This document shows positions 33,260-47,129 of a stretch of DNA of 64,000 nucleotides, piece after piece. Made by a program: the position numbers and the translations under genes. The notes beneath the pieces were generated by a model, which worked only from the letters and a program-made list of their open reading frames with translations, was not told the origin of the DNA and searched no databases. Position 1 is the stretch's first letter. Every line of letters begins with the position of its first letter. Origin of the DNA: Mobula hypostoma (taxonomy: Eukaryota); assembly GCF_963921235.1 (NCBI RefSeq), contig NC_086109.1:2790001-2854000 (forward strand), given 5' to 3'.

Positions 33260-36200
33260 GTGAGTGAGACCTGTCCCTGAAACACCCCTAATGGATGGGT
33301 GAGGGCAGATCCTGTGTGTTTCCCTGTTTACTGAACCTCACTGACTACCCGTGTCCAGAGCTGGGCTCACGGTCCCAGTGTAGTGAGGCTGAGTCAGTGT
33401 GAGTTTGGAGGATACACCCGCCACATCCACCAAGACTGAGACAGGAGCCAGAAGGGATCGAACCAACATTGGGGAATCTCATGTATCTGAGACAGAGGGA
33501 GCTCAGCACACAGGGAGAATGGACCTGGTGTGAATGGCCTGAACAGTCTGTATCTGTGGGTCACAGTTACAAACTGTATCTCCAGTCAAAGGCCTGCTCT
33601 GTCATGCTCAGGGATCCCAGTTATCCAGTCTGTTTCCCAGGACACTGCTTGTTAATTTCCCAGATTGAGGTCTGAGCTCAGCAAGGTGTTTATTCCTCAG
33701 CCTTCATGCTGTGCTGTGCTGAGTGAGACCCTGTGTATTCATTACACTGAATATAGTGTCCCAGTGAGTGACACAGTACACGGACACAACAGTACACGGA
33801 CACAACAGTACACTCACACACAGCAATATGGTTCCTGACTCACTCTAACAGTAATATCACATTCACAATAATCTCACTCAGCAATGTTTGGCTGAGAAAT
33901 CCTCTCTCCTCTGTTAGGACGTATTGTGTAGTTAGGGAATACACAAATATTAATCTCACCAGAACCCATCTTCAGACATGAAGGTGGATTGTAGATTGAA
34001 TTTAAAATGCAGCTCTGAACAGTAGTTTTCCTGTAGCTGTGGACTGGAGCTGATTGCAATCCAGACAATTCTGATTAACATTCATTTTGTGTGTCTGGAG
34101 TGTGGGTGTGAACGACAAGGTAGGTGAAAAATATATGTAGGGCCAAGGAAGCATTGTTGGTACATTGTAACGGTACAATTATCCAGCATTTACCACTGAT
34201 CTTTAGCATGTCAAATTATCATGTAATATTGAATCGGGAGTCTGCTTCATCCAAGATTGTCTCAATATGATGCCTGTTTTTGGTGAATCAGACATTTCTA
34301 TATCCACCGGCTTTGGTGTCTCTCCGTTGACTTCACGTTACAACGTCCTCCATCCCAGTGTTAATGTTCCCCAGTTGAAGGAGGAGAACATCAGAACATG
34401 GGAAATAGAACACAGAAGATAGAAAATCATGAACATGGGTTGGAGACAAAGACCTCCTCTGGGATCGAGTAGGGGAAGAAAGGGACTGAGGTTTACAAAA
34501 TTATGAGGGATACAGATCATGTAAATGCAAGCAGGATTTTTCCACTGAGATTGGGTCAGAGTAGAATTAGACGTCATGGGTTTAGGGTGAAAGGCAAAAT
34601 GTTTAAGAGGACATGATGGGGAACTTTCACGATGCGTGCTGAGCATGTTGTATGATCTGCCAGCAGAAGTGATGGATGTGAGTTTGATTTCAAAATTTAA
34701 AAGAAATTTGGATAGGTACATGAATGGAATGGTTATGGGGGGCTATGTTTTGTGTGCAGGTTGAGGTGACAAGGCAGATTAAGTAATCGGCATGGACTAG
34801 ATGGGCTGAAGGGCCTGTTCCTGTTCTGTAGTATTCTGGGAGTCTATGACTCTCTGAATCAGACAGTAGTCAACAAAACCTTTCAGACAATGAACCTGTT
34901 CTGAATATCATCTCTACAAAGGAGGGAGATCCGCAAGTTCTGCATCAGATCCAGCTGGAGATGGGCTCTTGTCTATACATTGGTCTCACTGGAATAGTGT
35001 CAAGAGTTAGAATCAGTGTGTCAGAGTGGGAGCAGGATGGAGAATCAAAGTGACAGCGACCAGAACTTCTGAGTCACAATTGTGCCTGAACTGAGATGTC
35101 CCTCAAGGTGGTTAGTGACACTGTGCCTGGTTTCTCAGTGGAGAGGAGGCCACCGTGTGAACACTGAGTGCAGTTCACTGCATTGGGAGTGCTTGTCAAT
35201 CACTGTTTCAGCTTTTGGTTCCCTGCATGGAGGGAAGGGAAAATGTGAAAGTTCATATGAAGCCCCCCTCCCGTGGATGTCCAGAAAGTGGAGTGGGTCG
35301 TGGAGTGGTGGGAGTTGTGGGTTTGGCAGAAGAGCAGAGCGAGGTGTTACTCAGGGAGAAACTGGTCAAAATATGTAAGAAAGAGGGAAGGGAGTGGAAT
35401 GTCAGTGGATCATCAAATTTGCGGATGACAGTAGTTGTGGGTATAGTGGACAGTGAAGAAGACTATCAAAGCCTGTAGCAGGATCGGGACCAGCGGGAAT
35501 AATGAGCCGAAAATTTGCAGGTTGAATTTAATGCAGACGAGTACGAAGCCTTGACCCTTGGAAAGTAAACCAGGGTGGGACATAAATGATGAGTGGTTGG
35601 GCACTCAGGAGTGTAGTAGAATAGAGATATCTGGGAATACAGATCCATAATTTCTTAAAAGTGGTATCACAGGTAGATAGGGTCATAAAAAAAGCTTTTA
35701 GCACATTGGCCTTCATAAATCAAAGAATTGAGTCCAGGAGTTGGGATGTTATGTTGAAATTGTATAAGACCTTGGAGAGGCCTAATTTGCAGTATTTGTG
35801 CAATTCTGGTCACCTACGTACAGGAAAGGTATCAATTAGGTTGAAAGAGTGCAGAGTATCAGGACTCAAGGACCTGAGTTATAGGGGAAGGTGGGGAAAC
35901 TTCTTCACTCAGAGGGTGGAACAAGGTGCAGGTGGAAGGGTTGGAACCAGGTTCGATTTCAATGTCTAACAGAAATTGGGATAAATATTGAAAGGGATGT
36001 GGAAGGTGATGTCCAGATGAGTATCAATGGGACTAGGAATGGACTAGATGGACTGAAGGGTTTGTTTTGGCACTGCAATGCTCTATGATTCAATGGAGTC
36101 TCATTGAAAGGACCAGGAAGCATAGATGTTGATGCACTGAATAGGGAGACGAGTGGGGTAGAAGGAGACGGACAGATGAACCTTACTGTTACTTTTGGTT

Positions 36201-36666
36201 GGAGAGGGTATGAGAACAGAGATGAAAGAAATGACATAGACTCAAACCTTCATCATAATCTGGGCAGGCAGTGTGGAGATGGAGAGACTGACAGAATAGA
36301 CTGGGCTGTGTCTTAGGTTGGACCAGGTTCAGGGCAGGTCAAGGCTGGGGCTCAGTCAGATTTCAAAGGGAAGCTGGCACCACACAGAGGAAGAACTAAA
36401 GACATGGAAATGGAGAGAATTCCTGGAATAGAGAGCTATAAACAGGAAATGGAGGAGAGTTTGTAGATGAGTGTGGGTAGTGCATGTGGGAACATCCCCC
36501 GGCAGCAAGTGAATGGTGAGGGAAGGTTTAAACCGTTGGGTAAAATTGAGGTGGGATTGGCTTGAAGTTCACTCTGGAGTGTTGGGGATGGGATGGGGGA
36601 GTTGGGGATTGAGGTGTCCACAAGGATCTCCTTTATTCATCTTCTATCTCTCCCTCACACCCTCAG

Positions 36667-36951
36667 AGCCCGTGTCAGGAGCAAACATCATGGTTCAGAA
36701 CATCACTGGGACTTGTAACCTCACCCTGACCTGCTCCGTGACCTCTGGCAACCACACCAGATTCAGTTGGTGGAGAGGAGAAGTTACAGGAGACAACAGC
36801 AGCCAGCACTTCTGGAAAGACGGAAAGACGATACAGGTTGATTGCATAGCAGAGATGGAGGATGTTGTGTACAGGTGTGAGGCCAGCAACCCCATCAGTG
36901 AGGACACCGCACAGGTCCGGCTGGGGGACGTCTGTAATCTGGACACATGTC
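36667..36951 (+). CDS. Receptor B, IgC2 exon
   Basis: Same splice sites and translation as 8070-8354. Confidence 0.9.
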
Positions 36952-39209
36952 GTGAGTGTCTGACGAAGATGTTGCAATTTAGTTAGGTCCCCCATCGCAG
37001 GAGTGTGAGACGGGACAGCATAGAAGAGCTTCATAAAAACATAAAAAATTTACAGCAGATTACAGACCTTTTGACCCACAATGTTGTGCTGACCATGTAC
37101 CTACTCTAGAAACTGCCTAGAAATTCCCTACAGCATAGCCCTCGATTTTTCTAAGCTCCATGCACCTATTGAACGATCTCTTAAAAGACCATATTGTATT
37201 CACCTCTACCACTATTGCTGGCAGTTCCATGCACCCACCACTTTCTGTGTGAACACTTACCTCTAACATCCCCCTTGTACCTACTTCCAAGCACCTTAAA
37301 CGATGCCCCTTTGTGTTAGCCATTTCAGTCCTTCGAAAAAGCCTCTGACTATCCACACGATCAATGCCCCTCATCATCTTATACACCTTTATCAGGTCAC
37401 CTCTCATCCTCCGTCGCTCCAAGGAGAAAAGGCCAAGTTCACTCAACCTATTCTCATAAGGCATGCTCCCCAATCCAGGCAGCATCCTTGTGAATCTCCT
37501 CTGCACCCTTTCAATAGTTTCCACATCCTTCCTGTAGTGAGTGAGGCGACCAGAACTGAGCACAGTACTCCAAGTGGGATCTAACTAAGTGTATCACCAC
37601 TGATTTTAATCCAGCTCCCTCACATTGGCCCTCATAACCCCCCTCCTCAAGTTCAGCCTCCACCTCCCTGACCACTCAGTGCCTCAGCTATCCTAAATAA
37701 TCCTTCCCTCCAATCTAATCACTCCCTCCCTCCAGCAACAGTGCACAGTTGATTCAGTGTGGACCTTCTGCAAAATGCACTGTAGTTCCTCACCCAGGCT
37801 GTGCTGACAAATATGAGTGGAGGCTTAAGTATAAAATCCAAAAACAAAGGTTACCTACAAAGTTAATAATCCTCTACAGTATCCTGTCAGACAGAATACA
37901 TACAAACTGGAGTTGCTAAGAAGGCATATGCTACATTAGCCTTCATCAATCACGGGATTGTGTTCAAGAGCTGAGAGGTAATGTTGCAGCTATATAGGAC
38001 CCTGGTCAGACCCCACTTGGAGTACTGGGCTCAGTTCTGGTCACCTCACTACAGGAAGGATGTGGAAACTATAGAAAGGGTGCTGAGGAGATTTACAAGG
38101 ATGTTACCTGGATTCGGGAGCATGCCTTATGAGAATAGGTTGAGTGAACTCGGCCTTTTCTCCTTGGAGTGACGGAGGATGAGAGGTGACTTGATAGAGG
38201 TGTACAAGATGATGAGAGGCATTGATCGTGTGGATAGTCAGAGGCTTTTTCCCAGGGCTAAATGGCTAACACAAGAGGGCACGGTTTTAAGGTGTTTGGA
38301 AGTAGGTACAGAGGAGATGTCAGGGGTAAGTTTTTTACGCAGAGAGTGGTGAGTGCATGGAATGGGCTGCCGGCAATGGTGGTGGAGGCGGATATGATAG
38401 GGTCTTTTAAGAGACTCCTGGATAGGTACATGGAGCTCAGAAAAATAGAGGGCTATGGGTAAGTCTTGGTAGTTCTAAGGTAAGGGCATGTTCAGCACAA
38501 CTTTGTGGGCCGAAGGGTCTGTATAGTGATGTGGGTTTTCTATGTTTCTATGTTTGAGAAGATGGGCAATTACAGTTTTGATTCCTCCTCCATTTTCTTA
38601 ATTCCTGCCACAAACATTTCCAAATGTGTCCGTCAACAGTATTCTTCTTTTGTGTCCCACTGGGAGCACCATGGAGTAGGAGGGGTTGGAGCGGAGTGTT
38701 GTGATCGTTACTGGAGGAAATAGGGGATGAGGGGACTGAGGAGTATTGGAGGGGAGGGGTGCGGGTCAGTGATGTAATGTTGATTAGAGGGAATGGGGGT
38801 TGAGGGGACTGAGAGGTATCAGAGGGGAGGTGATGGGTTTCGAGGTGAGTGATTTGATGGTGATTGGAGGGAATGGGAATGGAGGGATTGAAAGGTATTG
38901 GAGGGGAGGGGTGGGGTGGAGGACAGTGAGGTGATGGTGATCGGAGAGAATGAGGACTTAGGGGACTGAGGGATATTGGAGGGAATGGGGTGGAGGGACT
39001 GAGGGATGTTGGAAGGGAGGGGAGCGGGGTGGAGAGGTGGGGTTTGGAGGGGAGTTATGTGATGGTGATTGTAGGGTACTGAGGGACCGTGTTGAGGTGA
39101 CAGGGAGTTTTCTCTGACTGAGGAGGGATGGAGTGAATTCATCGATCCTGTGTCACTGGGAGCATGAGGACTGGATTCATCAGGAAGCCTCTTCTACTCT
39201 CTGTTACAG

Positions 39210-39344
39210 CAATGCCAGATGCAGTGATCCTGAAGATTGTACTGTTAGTGGTGGGAACCGTCCTGATCTTTGCTCTCACTGTGATCCTCATGGTCACACG
39301 GAGAAGAAGACCTGAGGGAAGGGAAGTAACTTCAGGGACTGAAG
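39210..39344 (+). CDS. Receptor B, transmembrane exon
   Basis: Encodes PMPDAVILKIVLLVVGTVLIFALTVILMVTRRRRPEGREVTSGTE; canonical donor AG|GTAAGT at 39345. Confidence 0.85.
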
Positions 39345-39502
39345 GTAAGTGGATCTGACACCCTGTCGTTGAGTCTGGCATTTGGGGGAGGGAGAGAGAG
39401 GGGATGGGCAGGGGGGTGACAACAGGGGTGGGAGAGAGTGCTCAGATAAAGTGGGGAATGGTTTTAGTACAGACCCTGTCACCTCTCCTTTCTGTCCCAC
39501 AG

Positions 39503-39660
39503 ACCAATCGGAGACGGGCATCATTTACACAGATCTTCAGTGGGTGAAGAAGAATCGCAGTGTCTGGCAGCCCCCCAAGGGGAATGACAGGGTAATGACA
39601 GACACGTTACCCCTGGAAAGAGGCCACTCCTGGTCACTCACACTCCTCGGGGCAGACTGA
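39503..39660 (+). CDS. Receptor B, cytoplasmic exon (3' end uncertain)
   Basis: Reads DQSETGIIYTDLQWVKK...GAD*, with ITIM-like IIYTDL. Leader+V+C2+TM+cytoplasmic exons sum to 954 nt = 317 aa plus stop. Confidence 0.7.
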
Positions 39661-42600
39661 ACATAAGGCCTACATGTAATCTGCACAATCCCAGAATCAA
39701 CAACAGGTCCCCATCACCGGAGATCGTTCCAACCACCACTGTGGAACTCAGCAGCGCACACACGGGGGAACAGCAAGATCCCATGTACCACTGAGGAGTC
39801 AACTGAAACTTTGCCTCAGTGATCTCCAGGCCTGGTCAGGCAGATCTAACAGCAATTGTATTCTCCACACAGTCACTGAATGCACTGTCCCCTCACACCC
39901 GGTTACTGGGGTACACTGTCACCCCCCACTCCCAGGCACTGGGGTACACTGTCCCCCACACCCAATCACTGGGATACACTGCACCCACACACACAGAGTC
40001 ACTGGGGTACACTGTCCTCCACACACCCTGTCACTGGGGTACAGTACCCACACACCCAGTCACTGTGGATCCCTGTCTCATATATCCTGTCACCAGGATA
40101 CACAATCCCTCATTCACCCAGTCACTGGGATACACTGTTCCTATTCATGCAGTTCTGCCCAGTAGTGTGTGCACTTCTGATGATCAGTCATGGTGTTAAT
40201 ATTTGTGTCGATGGGTAGTTAGTGAGTTCATTCAGAATGCACTGAGAGTGAGACCCTGTTGATGCTGGGTCAGTATGTTTGTTTGTCAGTTGATTGGTGC
40301 TGACTGGGTGATCTGAGTTTCCATCATTGTGTGTCGCTTTGCATGTCCAGGTCTTTTGTGTCCATGTGTCACATGTCGATGTGCCCAGTCTCAATGTCTC
40401 CCCTCTCCAGAGTCCTTATCTCTGTCTCCAGTCTCCATGTCCTGTCACTAGGTCCTGGTCTATATCTCCCTGTCTCTGTGTCTTGTCTCCCGGTCCTGGT
40501 CTGTATCTCCTTGCTTCTGTGTCCTTGTCTAAATCTCCCTGCCTCTGTGTCCTCATCTGTATCTCCCTGTCCCAGGGACCTGGTCTGTATCTCCCTATCT
40601 CGATGTCCTGTCTCCGGCTCCCAGTCTGTATCTCCTTGTCTCTGTGTGCTGTCTCCAGGTCCTGTCTCTGTGTTCTGGTCTCGATCTCCCTGACTGGGTC
40701 CTGGACTCTATTTCCCTGTCTGTGTTTCCCAGTCTCCAAGAATTCCTGACACAGTGTGTCCTGTCTCTGTTTCCCTTAAATCGCCCAGAGCTGACAGGTT
40801 CTGTTTCTTTTGTAGTTTGCGGGTCCGGAGGTCGTTGCCGAGACTAATCCCACTGAGTATGCTGCAGTGATGCACCATGCCAGACCCCCCATGGATGGGC
40901 TGAGGACAGAACCCCTGGACTGTATCCTGTAGTTTAGGATGGATCGACCCTCCCTCGGCACCGGCACAAGGAGGGTACGGACGCTCAGGGAAATCTGCAT
41001 GTGGAACGGTGGCTTGGAGATACAGGTTTCCTCTGTGTCCCACTGTCGTGGTGAGGGGTGAGGTCTATGGGACAACAGCATGGCTGCTCTTTGCTGCTTT
41101 GCTTTTTAAGTGTTGAATGTTAGTTCAATAATGCTCCCCAGTTTTGCTGGTGGAAGAGATTTTGTCAGAACGTTCCCCTGTAGATTATCACCTTGATTAA
41201 TCCTCCTCAAACAGTAGTCAATAATTAAATGAATGATGTGAGCCTGTGCACAGTTTCCAAATGCTCACGACTCTCCCATCTTGAGCGATCAACTGTCAAA
41301 CACAGGTTCACACTGAGGGTACGGAATTATCACTGGGGAAAGATGGAGGTCCAAGAGACTCTGTCAACCTTCTGCCAGAAATCAGGAAGGGAAGGAAGAG
41401 GGCGGAGGGGAGACGATTTCAGGCTGGTATTGGATTTATGAGGAATGTTTATGAGGTGGGACTCAGTGGAGAACAGGGATTTAAGGGAGGGAGAAAAATG
41501 GAAAGGTTTAAGGGAGCAACAACACACACACAGTGCTGGAAGAACTCAGCACATCAGCATCTCTGCAGGAGAATAATAGTCAACGATTCAGCTGCCTGCT
41601 GCCTGAACTGCTCAGTTCCTCCTGCACGGAGAGTGTGTTGCCCAAGTTTCCCAGTATATGGGTGTGTCTCGGGTTTAAGGGAGAGGGAGTTGTTGGAAAG
41701 TGAGGAGAACGAGAGACAGGGATTTAATATAAACGATGCAGGAATACAGCACAGACAGGGAGCGACCATGTTGTGCAGGATCTGGTCCAGTGATCTCATA
41801 CACCCACATGACCATTCGAGCTCTCTACACCTCACTAGGATGTGGAAGGCATGTCCAAAAGTTTAATCTCCTGAGATCCAAGGCAAGTTGGTACATTAAT
41901 TACAAAGTGAGCTTGGTAATAGCAGGCAGAGAGTGATAGTGGGCTGTTGCTTTTGTGTTTGGAAGCCTATGGCCAGTTTTGACCAATAGGGGTTGTTGCT
42001 GGATCCTATTTATGTGCGTTGGATGTGATGTTTCATTGATTCGATTGTGTTTCTTGGATTTACTGACTGTGCCCTCAAGAGAATTAATCTCATGTTTGTA
42101 TACGGTGACATATATGTATATTGTTAATAAATTTACTTTGAATTTTGAATGTACATTAATAATTTTCCATATGGATGTAGGAGAGATCCAAAGACCCTGA
42201 TAGAGGTCTACAATATTGTAGGCAGAATAGACATGGAGGTTTGTAAATTTTTCCTCAAGGCCTAGTTGTTTAAGGCCCCACATGATATAAAGGTGGGAAA
42301 TAGGAGGTTCAGGGGGACATTTAAGAAGAAGGTTTTCACTCAAGAGGTGAAAAATCTGTAACACTCTACCTGAGGGTATGGAGAAGGCGGAAATGCGCAC
42401 AATATTTCAGAAGTGTCCGGACAAGCAATAGAAAACTACAGACCTGTTGCAGTCAAGTGTAATCGGGTACTCATAGGTTATCACAGATAGTAAGGGCATG
42501 TTTCTTTGTTGTGTGTCTGTGACACCATTGTATTCGACTCCTTTCACAAGCACCTCACAGTTCAAACTACATTTATTATCAAAGTGTGTATACATGATAC

Positions 42601-43919
42601 AACCTTGAGATTCATCTCCTTATAGGCAGCCACAAAACAAGGAACCCAAAAGAACCCATAAAGAGAAAAAGACCAACAAATGTGCAGAGAGATTTAAAAA
42701 AAATACTAATCGTGCAAACAATAGGAGATGCAACAGTATTTAGAACGAAAGTGAGTTCACACATACAAAGTCTGGATCAGCTGGAGCAGGCCGCAGCCTC
42801 AGCCTCAGTTCATCACACAGCAGGGCAAATCATTGCAGAGCTCACAGGCACAAGGCCCTGAGAAGCCAGAGCAGGCCGCAGCCGCAGCCTCAGCCTCAGT
42901 TCGTCACACAGCTGGGCAAATTATTGCAGAGCTCACAGGCACGAAGCCCGGAGCACCCAGAGCAGGCCGCAGCCGCAGCCTCAGTGCAGCGAAGAGTGGA
43001 GCAAACGTCACGGAGCTGTAAGCAGAACTGGCCTGACACTCACTTCCAGTCCCAACACCCCTGCCTCTTCAATCTATCTGGCCTGGCATTTAAATCATCC
43101 AAACATCAGATCATTCCTCATTCTCAGGCAGGGGCCCTGTTGCATCGATACGCTCTGTGCCTGGATCCCACCGCCACATTCCGGCCCAGACCTGACCTTT
43201 CCCAACTGACCCAGTGCTTAGATCGATCAGACCTCGCTCTTGGTTTAGGTGGCCAGTCTCCAAAGCTCCTCCGCTCCAACTTTTCTCCATCTCGCATGCC
43301 CCGGCTCCATCCCGACCGTATCTCAACCTCACTCCAACTTCCTCTCCTCGAACATCCCTCGACCTCGCTCCGACTTTGCATCACAGCTGAACGCCTCGAC
43401 CCTCAAGTCAGCCTCGCCTTCCTTGTTTGCCGTGATCGTTTATCTGACAAATCAGGCAGACAGCGGGATTGCCCATGTCCCACCATAGCCTTATGGCCAG
43501 GGCACCCTCCCCGTTCCATGCTCCAGCAGCCATTGTTGAAGCGTTAATACACAGATGCCACCCACGCAGGAAACAGGTCATTGGTCTGAGCGTGGTACCG
43601 ACCACCGAGACACAGAAGAAGCATATCTGTGAAGCATATAGACAATCAATCCGGGAGCTTCTCCTCCTCCAGACATCCCCCTCCTTGAGATTACAATTGA
43701 AACCCATATCCCCATACCCTCCCCCCCCGCCCCGTGGATAAATCAGTAACTGTGGTAGATAAAGAGAGTGAACACCTCTTGTACAAACTTATCTCATCAC
43801 ATCAGGCCTGGGGGTGGGGGGGGAGCATACAGATTCACAAATTGTGATAGAACACTATGCGGGTGCACGGTGAGGTGAAACGAGTGACCTGGTACAAGTG
43901 GAAGGTCCCAGGCTTTTTC

Positions 43920-44220
43920 CCAATTTTCCCAGGGCTGAAATGGCCAGCAGGAGACAGCACAGTTTTAAGGTGCTTGGAAGCAGGTACAGAGGGGATGTCA
44001 GGGGTAAACTTTTTACGCAGAGAGTGGTGAGAGCGTGGAATGGGCTGCCGGCGACGGTGGTGGAGGCAGAAATGATAGAGACTCTTGGATAGGTACATGG
44101 AGCTTAGAAAAATAGAGGGTCATGTGTAACCCTAGGTAATTTCTAAAGTAAGTATATGTTCGGCACAGCATTGTGGGCTGAAGAGCCTGTATTGTGCTGT
44201 GGGTTTTCTATGTTTCTATA
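43920..44220 (+). mobile_element. CR1 3' end
   Basis: FPRAEMASRRQHSFKVLGSRYRGDVRGKLFTQRVV plus the ctatgtttctat tail. Confidence 0.85.
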
Positions 44221-45169
44221 TACAATATCCTGGACTTTTAGACTCCCTGGCAGGAAAGAGGGGGCCAACAGGATGGAAACTTCATGGCCAGTGGAGCTGA
44301 GGTGTCTCATGTAGACCCTCCAGAGGATGCACCTAGCATATTCTCGGCACCCGCCACCTCTGGTGGGGGATGGCGAGGAGGTAGTGGTACCATCTTGGTC
44401 CTTGCAGGTGTGGTACTGTGCATGGGCTGTGGTCCAGTGGATGAGGAGGGTCGTCCCTCAGATTCCTCTTCCCACAACAGTTGCATGAACAGCTGGCATC
44501 AGAGAGAGGAGAGGTAGTGGAGATCGAGCAGGACTGGAGTGATCCCAGCCTCATCTGCTCCGGAAAGTGCAGGTGGGGGGGGGGAAAAGAAACTCACCAA
44601 GAATGAAGAGCAGGACACTGGGAAGGATGACTCACTGCACGCTGATCTTGAGGATCCACGACAAGAAAGATCCTATTCATAGACCAGAGACACTACTCGG
44701 TCTGTCTTCTGGGAGACCAGACATCTGTGAGGTTGTGACAGCCCCCAAAGGGGACAACCTTGACAAGTCCCCATGTACAGACTTCATTGGTTACGTCTCG
44801 CGAAGACAGCTTTTCATCCCAGACATTGATGTGATCAGGTCAAAGGGAGACAGGGCCACAGGAACGCCTGAAGCTGCCACAGTGGTGTAACTGTGGGAGG
44901 GGCACAGCATCAGAGAGGGTGAGGTGTTCCACTGGCAGAAGCCATCACAGCACAATCCAGCAACAGAAGCACTGGGGCTGGGGGAGAGATAAAATGAGGT
45001 GGGACGGGGAGAAGGGACTTGCTTTGGCCTGATGGTGTTGAACTTCTGGAGAGTTGTTGGAGCCGCACTCACCCAGGTAAGTGGAGACTGTTCCATCCCG
45101 CTCCAGATGTACCTTGTGGAGTGCTGAAATGCTTGGGATGTAAGGATGTGAGTTACTCCCCATAGGATC

Positions 45170-46020
45170 CCCAGCCCCCCAGGGCTCTGTCCTTACCCCC
45201 CCCCCGCCTTTACTCTCTCTATACCCATAACTGTGTCACCACCCACAACTGCAATCTGCTAATTAAATTTGCAGATGATACCACACTGATTGGCCTTATC
45301 TCAAATAATAATGAGGCAGCCTACAGAGAAGCCCTCACCCTGACACAGTGATGTCAAGAAAGTAACCTCTCCCTCAATGTTGCAAAAACAAAGGAGCTGG
45401 TTGTGAACTAGGAATGGAGACAGACTAATAACCCCTATTAACAGCAATGGATCTGGGGTTGTGAGGGTGAACAGCTTCAAGTTCCTCGGTATACACATCA
45501 CGGAGGATGTCACTTGGTCTGTACAAAGTGGATGTGCGGTGAAAAAAAACACAACAGTGCCTCTTTCATCTCAGACGGTTGAAGAAGGTTAGCATGAGCC
45601 CCCAGATCCTAAGGACTTTCTACAGGGGCACAATTGAGAGCATCCTGACTGGCTTCATCAATCTGTACTTCCCTCAATCGCAGGACTCTACAGAGAGTGG
45701 CGCGGACAGCCTGGCGCATCTGTGGATGTGAACTTCCCACTATTCAGGACACTTACAGTGACAGGTGTGCAAAGAGGGCCCGAACCAACAGGCTCCGGGA
45801 CAGCTTCTTCCACCAGGCCATCAGACTGATTAATTCACGCTGACACAATTGTATTTCTAAGCTATATTTACTGTTCTATTGTACATCTTACTCTACATGC
45901 TATTTACTACAAATTACTATAATTTGCACATTACACATTCAGACGGAGACATAACATAAAGATTTTTATTCGTCGTGTATGTGAAGAATGTAAAAAACAA
46001 AGTCAGTTCAATTCAATTCA
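45170..46020 (+). mobile_element. Rex1-like LINE RT 3' part
   Basis: PQGSVL, KFADDTTLIGLIS, LSLNVAKTKELVV; ends in a ttcaattcaattca tail. Confidence 0.85.
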
Positions 46021-47129
46021 TGAGGCTCTCCACAATCTCGAAGAGACTCTTCGAGGATGACAATTGATACAGCCACTAGGGATTTATTGTCTGTCATTTC
46101 CACAGGATTTTTAACCAGTACCACTGTCCTGCAGTTCTCTTTTTCTTTAGACCCTTGTTTCCCCAATATATCTGGAAGTTAATTATACCTTCTGCGTGAA
46201 GACTGAACCCAAGATTTAGTTAACCGGTTGTACATTGTTTCATCTCGCACTCACAAATCTTTTCACTTGATCAACAGAAGTATTCTGAACTTTTCCGTTT
46301 CCTGCCACCTGTGGGCACAGTGCTTCACTAACACCTTAACCTGTGACAATCAGGCCATCACATCTCGACAGCAGCTCTCGTCCTGCACAGGAGCTCAGGG
46401 TGTCAAATGGTGGCAGGAAATGAGTGAGGCTCAGATCATGTCCGGTCAACAAGTGGAGAAATGTGTGAAGCGGAGAATGTAGCTGGGCTCAGGGTGGGTG
46501 GTTGGATAGAGACAGACAGACAGAGAGAGAGAGGGGGAGATACACAATTAGGAACAAACACATAAGCTGAGACAGATAGATCAGCAGGGAGAGACTAAAT
46601 GTACTGAAAGGCCAGAGACAACGTGAATGAGGGGAAATGACAGGAACACAGAGAGAAAGAGTAAGAAATGCTGACAGATCTAGAGACTGGACAGGGCCCA
46701 AGAACGGTGAACATAGAACTGTACAGCACAGAAACAGGCTCTTTGGCCCACAGTGACCATGTCAATCAAAATTATTACCACCTACCTATGTCTGGTGCCT
46801 GTCCCTCCATTCCCCGCATGATCCCATGCCTATCTAAACATTGTTATCAAATTTGCTTCCACCACTCCATCTACCACTCACTGTGCAGAAAATCTTGCCT
46901 CAAATCTCCTTAACTTTTCCTACTCAATTTGATGCTATCCTGTCTGGTATTTGATATTTTGCACTGGGAAAGAAATCTATGGCCATCTGCCCTGCTTGTG
47001 CCTCGTTATTTTATAAAACTCCGTCAGACGTCTCTTCAGTCTTTGATAATCCAGAGGAAAAAAATCCAATCCGTGAAAGCTAGCACTCTGTACTTCAGAC
47101 AAGATTTTGGTGATCATCGTTATTACCAG

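Larger units (their letters stand above)
29002..43520 (+). repeat. Tandem segmental duplication, copy B
   Basis: Colinear with copy A, and many ORF-track entries recur at +28597. Close similarity ends at ~42263; diverged similarity continues to ~43520. Confidence 0.95.

Noticed and set aside
29002-42263. Whole duplication as an assembly or haplotype artefact
   Set aside because: Flanks are clearly diverged, with copy-specific TSD-bounded insertions and distinct TM/cytoplasmic exons. Only the central near-identical tract still needs read-level checking.
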